The translations under genes and the position numbers were made by a program. A stretch of DNA of 63,257 bases, filler included, from Licmophora abbreviata (taxonomy: Eukaryota): the NCBI GenBank assembly GCA_900291995.1. It is 9 parts of 9 records of this genome, joined end to end, with 100 filler letters (N's around TTAATTAATTAA, not from the genome) between each part and the next. Parts side by side here need not be neighbours in the genome. Positions count along the whole stretch, not along the records: positions 23,154 to 28,795 come from OLMU01005682.1; positions 28,896 to 33,355 come from OLMU01005685.1; positions 33,456 to 45,780 come from OLMU01005686.1; 6 more parts are not named here. One strand, given 5' to 3'. Numbering within the stretch: position 1 is the first letter of the stretch; the number at the start of each line of letters is the position of its first letter. The notes beneath the pieces are model-generated. The model was not told the origin of the DNA, searched no databases, and saw nothing but the letters and a program-made list of their open reading frames with translations. Of the stretch, positions 23,570 to 35,386 are shown one piece after another.

Positions 23570-26500
23570 ATGGCGGCTACGTCGGAAGAAGCCCGTCAGC
23601 TGGGCTCGTTGCTGCTAGCCTTGACGCAACCCGATACGGCGACGATTCGACAGGCCGAACAGGCGCTCAAGCCGCTTTTGAAGGATGCGCGAAGCGTTCC
23701 AGCAATGGTCGAAATTTTGAAGGGGCGGGGAGAGTATGTAAGTGCCGGAAACTGATTTTACTGAAGTTTGAGTGGCTAACACGCAAAACGGATAGTAGAA
23801 CAATGATCCGGTGCACGTCTTGTGCTGATTTCTGAAATTTCTCATTCAGAATCGTCGTCTTCGCTTTCTTACACACTCATGACTCTCCTTCTCCACGCAG
23901 CCCAACGCCGTTCGTCACGTCGCCGGCATTGTCCTTCGCAAACGGCTCCCGGGACATTACGGCAAGTTTGACGCTACTACGCAAGCCGCCTTGAAGCAAG
24001 AAGTGCTTAGTATCCTGGCATCTGAACCGGAACGGGCTGTCCGACATGGCGTGATTGGCGTCATGGCTGTACTAGCCAAGGCCGACTCGACTCAGCCGTG
24101 GCCGGAGCTTTGGCAGTTCCTTGGGGCGGCGTCTAACGATCAGCATGTAGAAGCGCGAGAAATAGCCTTCTTGGCACTCCAGGAACTCACCGACACGATT
24201 GTTGAACAGCTCACCAATGACTTTACGCACATGGCACAGCTCTTTCACAAGGGACTCCACGATGATAGTAGTCAAGTGCAAAAGGCGGCTGTCAAGGCTC
24301 TCGGACAGTTGCTCTCGTACGTGGCAGACGAACCGCACATCGATGTCTTTGCCAATCTTCTTCCTCCCATTCTTACGGTTGCTGCCAAGTGCAATACGGA
24401 ACACGACGAAGACACTGTCAGTGTCGTGTTGGATGTGTTGTTTGACCTCAGTTACAGCACTTCGCCTGCTATTGCACAGCATCTTGTTAGCATGACGCAA
24501 TTTTGTCTGGCGGTGCTCGTCAATGCCGATTCAGAAATGACCGTACGAGACTCGGCAGCATTGGTTATTGCGACCATGGCCGAAGCCAAGCCCAAGACAT
24601 TTGGAAAAGAGGAAGCGTTGTTGTCGCAAACGTTGGATACGCTCTTTGCACTGATCGAGAATTCTCCCAACAGCGCCGCCGGTGCCTTATTCGAAACAAA
24701 CCCTGAGTGGCGAGAGGATCTAGATGATTCGAATCAGGACGATGACGATGACTTGGACGCGCCCACGGAAACCAGCATGGCTCAAGGGACACTTGACATG
24801 TTGGCATGCGAGATCCGAAAAAGTATATTTTTGAACCAGCGGTGTCGCGCTGCATCAGTCGCTTGAATTCCCCGAACGCCTCTCAGCGCAAGGCTGGCAT
24901 TGCCTGTCTCGGTGTCATCGCGGAAGGTTGCTCTGAACCGCTCCGAGAGCATCTGCACGATGTCATGCCGCATGTCTTCCAGTGTGCCGGCGACGCCGAC
25001 GCCCAAGTGCGCGAGTGTGCCTGCTTTGCACTTGGACAGCTCAGTGAACACTGCCGACCCGAGATTTTGGGCTATTCATCGCAGATCCTGCCCATTGTGT
25101 TTGCACTGCTGGACGATACGACCGTGACGGTGCAGGCGACGTCTTGCTATGTCTTGGAAATGTTTTGCGAGCGTCTAGAGCCGGACGCTGTCCGACCTTT
25201 GTTGGATCCGCTGGTGCGCAAGCTGGCAGCCATGTTGGAAGCGACGAATAAACGAAGTGTTCAGGAAATGGCGGTGGCGGCCCTGGCAGCGACAGCTGTA
25301 GCTGCCGAAGAAGAGTTCACTCCCTACGTTAGTGGTGTTGCGGCGCTCATGACCAAGTTGATGGCATTGCGTGAAGAACGCCTGTTCTCGTTGAGAGGGC
25401 GCGCACTGGAATGTATGGGACACATTGCGATTGCAGTGGGACGCGACACATTCCGACCGTATTTTGCCAGCACTATGCAGTGTGCAATGGAGGGATTGGC
25501 CATGGAATCGACCGATCTTCACGAATTCGCCTATGCTGTGTTCGCAAATCTAGCTAAAGTCATGGGCGAAGAATTTTCTCCGGTGTTGTCGGACTTAGTA
25601 CCGCACATGTTGAAGGTGATTGAAAGCGACGAAGGACAGCTGGAGGCCGTCAAAGACTCGCAAGATGTACGTATTGATGTGCCATGGGATGAGTCAAATG
25701 TCTATTTGCTCGCAGTGTGTTGCTCACGACTTGTAGCGTCATGAACTCCAATCACTTGCTATTTTGACGTCCTCGCCACAGGAGGCGCAGTTTGGTGCGC
25801 TAGACGACTCGGACGAGGAAGAGGATGAAGAGAGGGCTTCGTGCTTCATGTTCGAACGGCCCTATTGGAAGCAAAGAAAGGCGCCATTACGGCCATTGGC
25901 GAAATGGGTGCTCATACTGGCTCTGCTTTTGTCCCCTTTCTTGAAGACGTAATGCAAGTCCTGCAAGGTGCGGCGAAGAATTGGCATCCGCTGATCAAGT
26001 GCGAAGTTGCTGAGGCTCTCCCCTCAATGGTAGTCCCGAGCGTTGCTGCCTATCACGAGGGAGAAATCGTCTGGAAAAAGGGTGATGTCAGCGGGAGCAG
26101 CCCAATGAGCGCACACACGACTGCAATTGCGTCGGCGGTGCTGAGCGAGTTGATCACACTCTTGGAGGACGACGACAAAATGACGGTCGGCAAGGCGTCG
26201 GAGGGTATTCAAGCCGTAATTGAGCTGTGCGGTCCTCATGCACTCGTTCCAGTGGCGTCGAGCTGCCTTCAAAAGACATTTGAGCTACTCAGCAAGCAGG
26301 CGCCTTGCCAAAATGCTGACGAATTGTATGGCGAAGATTACGACGACGATGATGATCACGACGCTTTCATGACGGCTGTGTGTGATTTGGTTGGAGCGTT
26401 CGCTAGAGTCATGGGATCGCACTTTTCGCAGTATCTCCCTCAGTTTCTCCCGGCTATTATGGAGTACGCGAAATCATCACGTCCAGCGAGCGATCGTGGC

Positions 26501-27049
26501 ATGGCCGTCGGGTGTCTCAGCGAGCTGGCACAGGAGTTGGAGGGCAATATTTCGCCTCATTGGGACTCAGTCTTCCTCCCGGCGGTTGTTGCTGGACTGG
26601 CTGATCCGGACGACAACGTCAAGCGCAATGCCGCGTTCTGTGCTGGCGTATGCTGCGAGAATCTGAAAGACAGCATTTCGGCTCAGTATCCGCAACTGCT
26701 GCAAGCAATTTCTCCTCTCTTTTCGATTGACATCAATGTAGGCGAGAACTCGTCAGGCTGCGTGGACAATGCGTCAGCTGCAGTGTGTCGCATGATTATG
26801 GCATCTCCGAGCGATGTACCGATGGCGCAAGTCCTTCCGGCTCTGCTGAGCGTTCTTCCTCTCAAGACCGACATGACGGAAAATGAAACAGTGTACACGT
26901 GTCTGTTGGGATTACATCAAATGAAGCAACCTGATCTTACGGCAAACAAGGATGCTTTCCGAAGAGTTTTGACCGACGCAACGGCCGAGGGAAGCAGCAT
27001 CGCAGACGAAATCAAGGAGCAACTGAAGCTGACGCTACAGTCGTTGTAG
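23570..27049 (+). CDS. IPO4: Importin-4 (karyopherin beta family, HEAT repeats); two introns, two frameshifts
   Basis: PDTATIRQAE, VRHVAGIVLRKR, GVIAEGC, VRECACFALGQLSEH, RGRALECMGHIAIAVG, VKRNAAF, LPLKTD. Introns 23738-23900 and 25667-25781; single-base deletions near 24815 and 25833. Confidence 0.9.
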
Positions 27050-27139
27050 AGCAACTTATTCGAGTAGAAGAATGCGGGTTAACTACGTTAAAACAGCAGA
27101 TAGATTCAGACTGGTTTGGCGGTCACGTGCGATGGATCT

Positions 27140-28555
27140 TTACCCCATGCACGATGCCCAGCGACCATTGAGCCATTCGTACGCGGCATAGCTAATCGAC
27201 GTTGCTGGCATGACCGCCATTAGGCTCGGCGCAAGACCACGATAAAATCCGCGAATACCTTCGCTCCTCAGTTTTCGAATCACAGACACTACCGGCATGT
27301 TGGTGGCCTGAGCCTTGGTGCGAATCACCATGACAGGAAACGTCAGTGTGGCTGCCGTCGCCGACGATGCCATTCCACAGGCCAGCAATAACTGAACGTT
27401 CATTTCCTCACTCTCTGCTGCGAAGTGTGTCACCACCATGTCTTTCAACGTGGAAAATATACACAGATCAATGGCCGCATACGGTACAATCCCGGTGATA
27501 CTTGGAGCGATCCCGGCAAAAAATGCTCGAGCGCCGCCGTCCCTTCGAACAGCTTTTACACAGGCAGATACACTCTCATACAGGCCTGTGGCCATTCTCG
27601 TCCTCAATACATCAATAGGATATACAGCAAACTCAGCCAATGCGCCGGCACAACCACCAGCTACAAAGCGCTCCATCGTCGACACATTGTCTGGGTCCTG
27701 CGCAACGACAGTCTTCAAGGCATCGAAGGTATACAACTTGAGCGCCATCTCCGGAGCGATCTTCACACAGCTGATCCCATTGCCCATCCACAGTGCCCAC
27801 AGTCCCGCTGGATGCGACACTGCAGTCTGGTAGGCAGATGCGATTCCTAATGGAGTCGTGCTAGTCATCATGAGGAGACGAATCCGATCAAGGGGAGCCG
27901 TAAGGGAACGAGAGAAAACCCCAGCCAGTGCACCGCAACTAATCTTGCGAATCGCGATGGACGAAAAGTCCTCCCCTTCTCTCGTACGCACTTCTCTGGG
28001 GAATCGAAATCCTATGGTGAGGTCGTCAAAGACTTCGACGAACCACCGATCAAAGAAGACGTGTGGATTGATGTGCGGGACCAACATGAGTGACTGAACA
28101 AACTCGTCGTATGTCACCGAACCGTCGTGATTCCGATCAATCTGTGCCATGATGTCTCGAACATTTCGATCCGATAATGGAATCTTGGCTCGTTCTGCCG
28201 CTCGTCTCAAGTGTCCTGCTGTAAAGTACGCTTCCCCACTGCTCCTCGTGGTACCAGTTGGTTCCGAATCGGCTGCTCCAGGTTGACAGATTTCGACAAA
28301 GGCGTTGCGAAGTGCCTTGCGTCGCTGAGCCGCAAATATCAGGAAATCTTCTAGTTCCACTCGATCACTCTGCTTATTGGCTATCAGATGATACAGGGCC
28401 TCAACTTGAGACTGCGTGACGGGAACCTTGGCATCGTGGAGGGCTACCTGCAGCTCATGCATGGAAAGTTGACCATCATGATTCAGGTCCAATTTTCGAA
28501 AGTGTTCTCGAGCTCGAGCATCCAATTCAGCCTCTTGTTTATCTGCTGGAGTCAT
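27140..28555 (-). CDS. Ca2+-dependent mitochondrial carrier (SCaMC / ATP-Mg/Pi carrier type)
   Basis: EF-hands DLNHDGQLSMHE and DRNHDGSVTYDE; carrier signatures PLDRIR, PIDVLR, PVMVIR. Confidence 0.92.
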   Translation of the reverse strand: MTPADKQEAELDARAREHFRKLDLNHDGQLSMHELQVALHDAKVPVTQSQVEALYHLIANKQSDRVELEDFLIFAAQRRKALRNAFVEICQPGAADSEPTGTTRSSGEAYFTAGHLRRAAERAKIPLSDRNVRDIMAQIDRNHDGSVTYDEFVQSLMLVPHINPHVFFDRWFVEVFDDLTIGFRFPREVRTREGEDFSSIAIRKISCGALAGVFSRSLTAPLDRIRLLMMTSTTPLGIASAYQTAVSHPAGLWALWMGNGISCVKIAPEMALKLYTFDALKTVVAQDPDNVSTMERFVAGGCAGALAEFAVYPIDVLRTRMATGLYESVSACVKAVRRDGGARAFFAGIAPSITGIVPYAAIDLCIFSTLKDMVVTHFAAESEEMNVQLLLACGMASSATAATLTFPVMVIRTKAQATNMPVVSVIRKLRSEGIRGFYRGLAPSLMAVMPATSISYAAYEWLNGRWASCMG

Positions 28556-28795
28556 GTCATGAAGACTGTGCGGCAATGGCTGAGAGGTACACCTAACTCA
28601 GATATTTACCGGTAGAAGAGAAAGTCAGCAGTAAGTATAGTCTAGTCTAACGTCACGGATCAGGTTGAAACATTGAAACATTGTGAAGTCGAGATCGTGT
28701 CACGAACAACAAACGCCGACAAATTTTATGCTATATACGTATATGAATACATATGTATGATGAGTATCTTTCGGATCTTTTTCCTTGACTTTGTG

Positions 28796-28895
28796 NNNNN
28801 NNNNNNNNNNNNNNNNNNNNNNNNNNNNNNNNNNNNNNNTTAATTAATTAANNNNNNNNNNNNNNNNNNNNNNNNNNNNNNNNNNNNNNNNNNNN
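28796..28895. other. Artificial contig spacer
   Basis: N44-TTAATTAATTAA-N44. Confidence 0.98.
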
Positions 28896-30580
28896 TGGAC
28901 GGCCTATCAGAAGTCTTTGATCCCGAGAAATCATTCGTCAAGCTTGGCCGCTGTCCGGGGTGCGAAAAGTGCGAGATCTCCTCTCGCTTGGAATTCAACG
29001 GAAGTGGAAGCGCGATCAAAGGATCCATACAAAATATTTCTTGGTGTATTCAATACGACAGCAGCATCTTTACACAGCCTTCGACAGCTCTCGACTATCA
29101 CTACGGCACTGGTACCTCCACTTGGATCCGAACGCCACATGATGGGATCAGTCTAGTGCCTACAATGGCAGACATTGACTCCTTGCCATGCGAAGACCGG
29201 GAAGGCCAGGTCGCTGATGAACACCCTCTTGTTCTCGTCCTTGCTCCTGCCCTCGACTTCTACGAAGAGACTGGCTGCTGCGAGGATATACTCTACTTCC
29301 GAGTCATATATCCGGAATCCGACACCACATGCGAAAAGCAGTGCGAAGGAACCGATGCGAATGATTGCGATGTCATATGTGGAGGCTTGGTTCCTGCGGT
29401 CGACCTCAACGAACACAACCAGGTTGCTTTTGTTTTCAAGGCACCGGAAGGCAAGGAAATTCGAATTGAGTCGGACGCCGAGACCTCCCAAGTCCGTGTT
29501 GAGTTTCAAGCCTTGGCAGAATGCGATCTGGATGAGTACCTTGTATTTGATGGCACTACCTTTGATGGTGGGATCTGGGGCAGCGATGTCGATGTCCTGG
29601 TGGAAAGCTTTGTCGTCGAAAAGTCCTTTGTCCAACTTGGCCGATGTCCGGCGTGTGACAAGTGCGAGATTTTTTCTCGGATCGAGTTCGACGGGAACGG
29701 TACTGCGATCCAGGGATCTTTGTCGAAGATTGCATGGGCTGTAGAGTATGGAAATGGAGTCTTTAAGACCGACGGGTCTGGTGCGCTCGATTATCGCTAC
29801 GGTACCGACACGTACAGTTGGATTCGTACACCACGCCAGAACGCGATTGTGCCTGCACCGGAGGTCGATGATGATGGACCGCAAATCAAGTTCCCACCAG
29901 AGAAGGTTGTTATGGATGAGCGAACCCTGAATTTTGTCCTCATTCCTGCTCCCGAGTTCCACGAGGAAACTGAGTGTTGCGACGATCTTATCTATTTTCG
30001 CGTAGCCGAACCGCAGTCCAACCATTCGTGCTCGCAACGATGCAGTGCCTCCGACCCGATCAACTGTTCTATTGTGTGTGGGGGGATCATTCCGTCGCTT
30101 GATCTCAGCGATTACGACCGACTCCAGTTCTCGCTCGTTGCTCCAGAAGGTCACGAGATTCCGATCTTTTCAGGCGTCGAAAACTATCGCGTTCGAGTTG
30201 AGTTTCAGGCGCTGGCCGAATGTACCGCCCCAGGATTCGTGACGCTTGACGGGCACACTTTCGATGGTGGCGTATTTGGCAGTATGCCGGACCAGCTCAT
30301 TGACAGCTTCGCTCCGGCGAGCTCGTTTGTGACGGTCGGTGGCTGCCATGGCTGTACTACATGTGAGATCTTCACTCGCGTGGAACTCAACGGGGAGGGA
30401 GCAGCGATCTCAGGCTCTGTGTCCAAGCTTCTGTGGTCGGTGGAGTTTGATGGAAGTATCTTTGCCTCAACCGGAAAGCTTGACTTTCACTATGGAACTG
30501 ACACCAGTAGCTGGATTCGCACGCCTTTCCGCAAAGTGTTTTTCCCTGCTTCTACGCCAGACAATGGGATCGAGATTTGA
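28896..30580 (+). CDS. 5'-truncated protein made of tandem ~233-aa Cys-rich repeats, family unknown
   Basis: Frame open from the gap. Two full copies and one partial copy: CC..(I/L).YFRV at 29276 and 29975; LDY.YGT.T.(S/T)WIRTP-type ending three times. Confidence 0.85.
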
Positions 30581-31025
30581 AACCTTGCGCCCGGTTGAGT
30601 CCATTCAGAAACGTTTTACACTAGCTCAAACAGTGTCATATAGAGGATCAGTGGAATTGGCACGATGGCATAGCTTGCCACCACAGGATCAATTGTCATA
30701 TCTGTATGACAAGGAGAGAGACATTCTTGAGCGACAGTCTGAATACAGTAACCGGCCCTCTACTAGAGGTATAATAATCCTACGAACCTGCAATTACGGG
30801 AACTCGATACCCGACCGGATAGTTATGATCCTCCTCAACCAACGAGTCGTTCTGAAGAGGGTTGACAACCACCGACTGCCGTATCGAATTGTTTGATCTT
30901 GTTTGCACTCTTGGTTGGTGCACTTTTTGGATCGCTTCACTATTGCAAACAGCATCTTCCGTCATCAGAATCAAACATTCTTCGTTTATTACGCTCTTTC
31001 TGGCCTCTCTCCTCCCCTATCCACC

Positions 31026-32504
31026 ATGAGTGACAACAGCGACAAGAAGATGCCCGCCAAGAAGAACAGCAAGCTCAAGCTCGATTTCGAAGAAGAAAAG
31101 GTGGAAGAAGGCTTCGTCAAAGCCGCTGGTAGTAGTATTCCTACGAGAACTACGAGTAGGTCCAGGCGCAGCAGTCTTCAAGGACTCGAAGATACGGGCG
31201 ACACCGAAAAGCCGAGTGCTGCTCCTCGTCGCAAAGCTGCTGCCTTGACTTACGAGGAGGATTGCGACGAGGAAGACATCGAGTACAACGAGGATTTTTT
31301 TAATGTTGAAACTGGCAACACGGAAAAGGCCGAACTCCGTCTGGCCGCAGCTGTTGCACGAGGAGACGCTCGCCTTCCCGACAGCTCTGACAGTCCAGCG
31401 ACTTTGAATGCTGCTACGACACAGCCGGGGGCGTTTCCCGTGGGCAGTATTGGCGTTGATGCCAGTACGATGGACGATGAAAACACGCTAGCCGACTTTA
31501 CCGTGACAAATCAGGATCATTCGCGTGACATTCTTGTCGTGCCACCTCCGCAGTCACCTCCCATTTTGTCTGCCAAGCTCGTCAAAGATGATGCAGTTGA
31601 AGCTGTCGAGGTTACTCCCAAGAAAGGCTTGACGATCACCTTGGGTTGTCCTACCTGCCCTCCTACCTGTCCTAAATGGAATAGGTTGAATTGGAACATG
31701 TTGATTGCGTTTCTTCTGTTGGTTGGAGGCGTTACTACCGGTTTTGCTCTTGCACTGACGAGTGGGGGCCCTTCTGACAATTCAACTGTGGCACCATCGG
31801 CAGCACCATCTTCATCGGCAGCACCATCGGCATCAGCAGCACCATCGGCAACCCCGCCCTGCGGTGGTTCGTGTGACGACGGTGATCTCTGCACAATAAA
31901 CAGGTGCGATGCAGGTATGGACACCTGCATCACAGAACCCATCGTCTGTGCCACGGATGAAGCCTGCGACTTGTTTACGGGTCTCTGTCAGAACATTCAA
32001 AATATTATCCCTTGTGTGGCCGTCATTGATGAATGGGATAGTTTTGTCAATCCTACCAGTGCGTGGGCCAAGTTCCGGTTTCAATTCCCTCAACGTCCCT
32101 TTTGCTTGCTCGTCCCTGAAACCGTTATTCCGACACTGTAAGTACATACACCCGTTATGACAGTGTGTCTCGCCATGAATGGATGACTCTCACACCATCC
32201 TGTCGCGATGTCCCATGTCATTCCTCGGGGCAGCCCCGCTGGTTTTGATCTTGATACGGTCAACAACCCTGACAGATTAGATCGCACTCTTGTGTCCATT
32301 GTCAGCCGCGACTACGGCAATGTTAATTTGCCGTCGAGCTGGTTCGAAACCTGTAACCTTGGGGCGTTGTCTTCTTCTTCGGTCGGCTTTGTTGGTCTTT
32401 TTGTGGACGATTCAGGAAGTATGACAAGGGGGACAGTCCAGGCCTCGTATGATCAGTTCTTGTCAAACTTGACGGATGCTGGCCTGGGTTTCCAGCAGTT
32501 TTAG
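31026..32504 (+). CDS. Type II membrane protein: disordered N-terminus, TM, APSA repeats, Cys-rich module, vWA-like domain
   Basis: Intron 32138-32233 joins in frame. TM MLIAFLLLVGGVTTGFALAL, CDDGDLCTINRCD, CVAVIDE, GLFVDDSGSM. The C-terminus ends abruptly. Confidence 0.7.
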
Positions 32505-32789
32505 GCTTTTCTTGTTGCCGCTACCACCAACACATACGATCATGGTATGTATTCTGTCTTTTGTTTGTGTGCTTGACATGATTCTTCATTGAGATTTAGG
32601 ATCAGATTGAGGGTAGGACTAAATGCCAGTAATCCCTTCTCAACAATTACAGTATCAATGCAGTGTTATGGCTCTCACTTCAGGCGCTTCCGCTTGCTTT
32701 GTCTAGCACGCGTCCGCTTCGAGGATCGACGTCCTGGCTGAAGATCTTCGTTCTTCTTTCCATTTCCTGTCTCGGAAGCAAAAAAAACC

Positions 32790-33310
32790 GTCTATCGAAT
32801 GCCAGTTTACAGTTTACACTGGATGATATGCAAGCCGCTATACATTTCACTTTGCGTATGGATTGTGGGGGGCAGACGAGCGCCATGGAAGCCGATGGAT
32901 CTTTAGATAGACCATCGACACATCTGTCGATCATAGCAGAGAATCGTATGTCGGATCTTTGGGAACAGAAGCAGCTGTTGGTTGTTCATCTTTGACTGGG
33001 TGATGCCTTGAAGGGACAGCGAGAGCGTGAAGAAGGCATTGGCCTCTTTCCGCATGAAACGTACTCGCAATTGTTATTGAAGGCACAATCAGAAAAGGGT
33101 GCGATCAAGTCGATTGGTGTTGTCACGGCCCCGTTCGGTGGCAAGTTCAAAGTCGTTGCGATCGTACGACGTAAAACACACATCTCGCAGTAGGGTCGTC
33201 GCAACCGACCTCAAACGACACATCCAAGAAGTCTTTCCAAATGCCACAGTAACGATACGAAACAGTCCTGATGGCGACTGAGTAACAATCATGTTTCGCA
33301 GCTGAGCGAC
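32790..33310 (+). pseudogene. Decayed fucosyltransferase-like gene fragment
   Basis: VVHL*LGD (TGA at 32993 replaces the Arg of the HxRxGD motif), then a frameshift and further stops around FPNATVTIRN. Confidence 0.5.
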
Positions 33311-33355
33311 CATGATATGTTGACGTGGCTGCGAGAGCAGGATCCCAATGTTGGG

Positions 33356-33455
33356 NNNNNNNNNNNNNNNNNNNNNNNNNNNNNNNNNNNNNNNNNNNNT
33401 TAATTAATTAANNNNNNNNNNNNNNNNNNNNNNNNNNNNNNNNNNNNNNNNNNNN
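33356..33455. other. Artificial contig spacer
   Basis: N44-TTAATTAATTAA-N44. Confidence 0.98.
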
Positions 33456-33739
33456 TAGTGACCACTGGTGAAAACTGATTGGTCAAGAGCATGCAGCCAG
33501 TAAGATGAAGCCCCACGATTGGGCTCGACCACTCGATCGCCAAGAGTCGCGAAATGAACTCCCACGTTGACCAGGAACACTCTCGTCACACACGGTCGTC
33601 ATCGCCTTCTATTACCTACAACGGTAGTGGTACAAAGGAGTTAAAGGCGGACAATCGTCGGCTGATCGGCTGACAGTCGTCGCGCATGAAGTCCTAAATA
33701 CACAAACGGATCACATTTGTGCTCCCCCTTCTCGCCTCA

Positions 33740-35113
33740 TCATCTGATGCCTTCACTGCCGTCATTCTTCCGAGACAGCTTCATAAACCCCAATACCTCG
33801 CCGAGCGCCGTGTTGAACAGTCGCCCCGTTTGGCTTTTTGCCATAGAGGACAGTAGTCTCTTCCAAACGACCTCCACCACTTTATCAAGCGGCTGATAGA
33901 TTGCTGGGAGGCCATTCTCATCCAGCAACGACATTGGCGGACAGAGTTCCGATGCTCGCACGACGACGGACTCAAGACAAATCGGCTTGTTCCACGACGA
34001 CGACGATGACGTTTCCGATGGCACCGAACTTTCAGCAACACCATCCCAATTGTCTCTGGTAAAGATTCTCGCTTCCTTGACTACCACCCGCCCCACTCGA
34101 ACATTCGGTGGGGGCTCCTCATCTTCCCGTCTCTTGGGAACCGGCACTTCCACCCCCCGCAAGGGTTGTTTTGCAATACTCTCACCGACTTGTCGTATAA
34201 CTCTCACACCCTCTTGCATGGCATCCACCTTTTTGGATTCTTGCTGGAATTGTTGTAATGTCTGTGTGAGCGTTTCGCGTTGTTGAAACAAGGCGCCCTT
34301 CCAACCGCCACGCTGGGCGGCTTGGCCAATGGACTTGAGACTCTGAAACAAGTGGTCGACAATCTCTTGTGCTTGCCTTTGTTCCGAAGTAGCACTGTCG
34401 CTGCTATTACTGCTACTGGAAGCAGATGTCGTGCCGTTATTCTCTCTTACAGGAGAGTCAGCAGAGGGTGTGTCGCAAGAGGAGCGTGATGCCGTCTCTG
34501 CTTGCAGACTGGCGCGTAATGGAGTGCCCCCTTCCCCTCGCTTGCCACTACGCGTCGCCCGTCTTTGTTGCTTGACTTGTTCTTCTTCTTCCTTGGCCAT
34601 AAGCTCTTTTGGATCCGGCAATTCCACCATTGAATCCAGCAAGTAAAAGTTAAAAACGTGTTGCCGTCTCTCTACAAATACTTGAATGTCACTGAATTCT
34701 GCCGTATAAATGTCCACCTTGGGAGTTTCGAAGAAATAGTAAATTCGGTCGAGAAGGTAGCCAATTGTGTCGACTTCCAGGTAGCAACGACCCACCCGCA
34801 CAATGAGAGGTGAATCCCACTTGTAAATGTCACGACAAGGCGTATGAACGACACAGTTTGTGGCCAGGACGTGTCCTCGCCACCAGTCAATTTCCAGACT
34901 GCCAATTGTCACTGGAGCACCGTTTAGCAGAAATGAGAGGAATTTTTCAATTAAAATCCATATCCAACGCTGAATCCAGCCCATGTACACTCCGAATGAT
35001 AATAAAAGACTTGAGAGTAGCAAGAAATAGGCTACTCGAGCCATACAAGAGGCCAGCAGGGCCGTTAGAAACACCACCGCCATGGTCGTTAGTTTTGAGG
35101 TGGCGATGTGCAT
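33740..35113 (-). CDS. N-terminally anchored membrane protein with AsmA-like beta-rich N-terminal region
   Basis: Two hydrophobic segments, then GAPVTIGSLEIDWWRGHVLATNCVVHTP and IQVFVE...FNF. Confidence 0.65.
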   Translation of the reverse strand: MHIATSKLTTMAVVFLTALLASCMARVAYFLLLSSLLLSFGVYMGWIQRWIWILIEKFLSFLLNGAPVTIGSLEIDWWRGHVLATNCVVHTPCRDIYKWDSPLIVRVGRCYLEVDTIGYLLDRIYYFFETPKVDIYTAEFSDIQVFVERRQHVFNFYLLDSMVELPDPKELMAKEEEEQVKQQRRATRSGKRGEGGTPLRASLQAETASRSSCDTPSADSPVRENNGTTSASSSSNSSDSATSEQRQAQEIVDHLFQSLKSIGQAAQRGGWKGALFQQRETLTQTLQQFQQESKKVDAMQEGVRVIRQVGESIAKQPLRGVEVPVPKRREDEEPPPNVRVGRVVVKEARIFTRDNWDGVAESSVPSETSSSSSWNKPICLESVVVRASELCPPMSLLDENGLPAIYQPLDKVVEVVWKRLLSSMAKSQTGRLFNTALGEVLGFMKLSRKNDGSEGIR

Positions 35114-35386
35114 GTTCAATGTGTCGCGGCGCGGACCAATGATCCGGGTGAGTCGAGTGACTCGACTCGACTCACGACGTTCGAATCGTTCGACTGATTG
35201 ACTCCCTCGACTCACAGCTCAAGATGCAAGATGGCAGAGATCAAGTGTAATGTTAGCGAGGGTTTCAAAGTTGGGAAAGGCCATCAACGCATCATCGATC
35301 CCATTCGTACTACTAGGCCTAACTAAATTACCTCACTCCTTCTCTGTTTTCCTAGTGAACCTAGGTGTAGAGCAATATTAGACAAT

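Noticed and set aside
24800..25850. Programmed frameshifting or pseudogenisation of importin-4
   Set aside because: Both shifts are repaired by a single base, as in several other genes here, and there are no nonsense codons; sequencing error is simpler.
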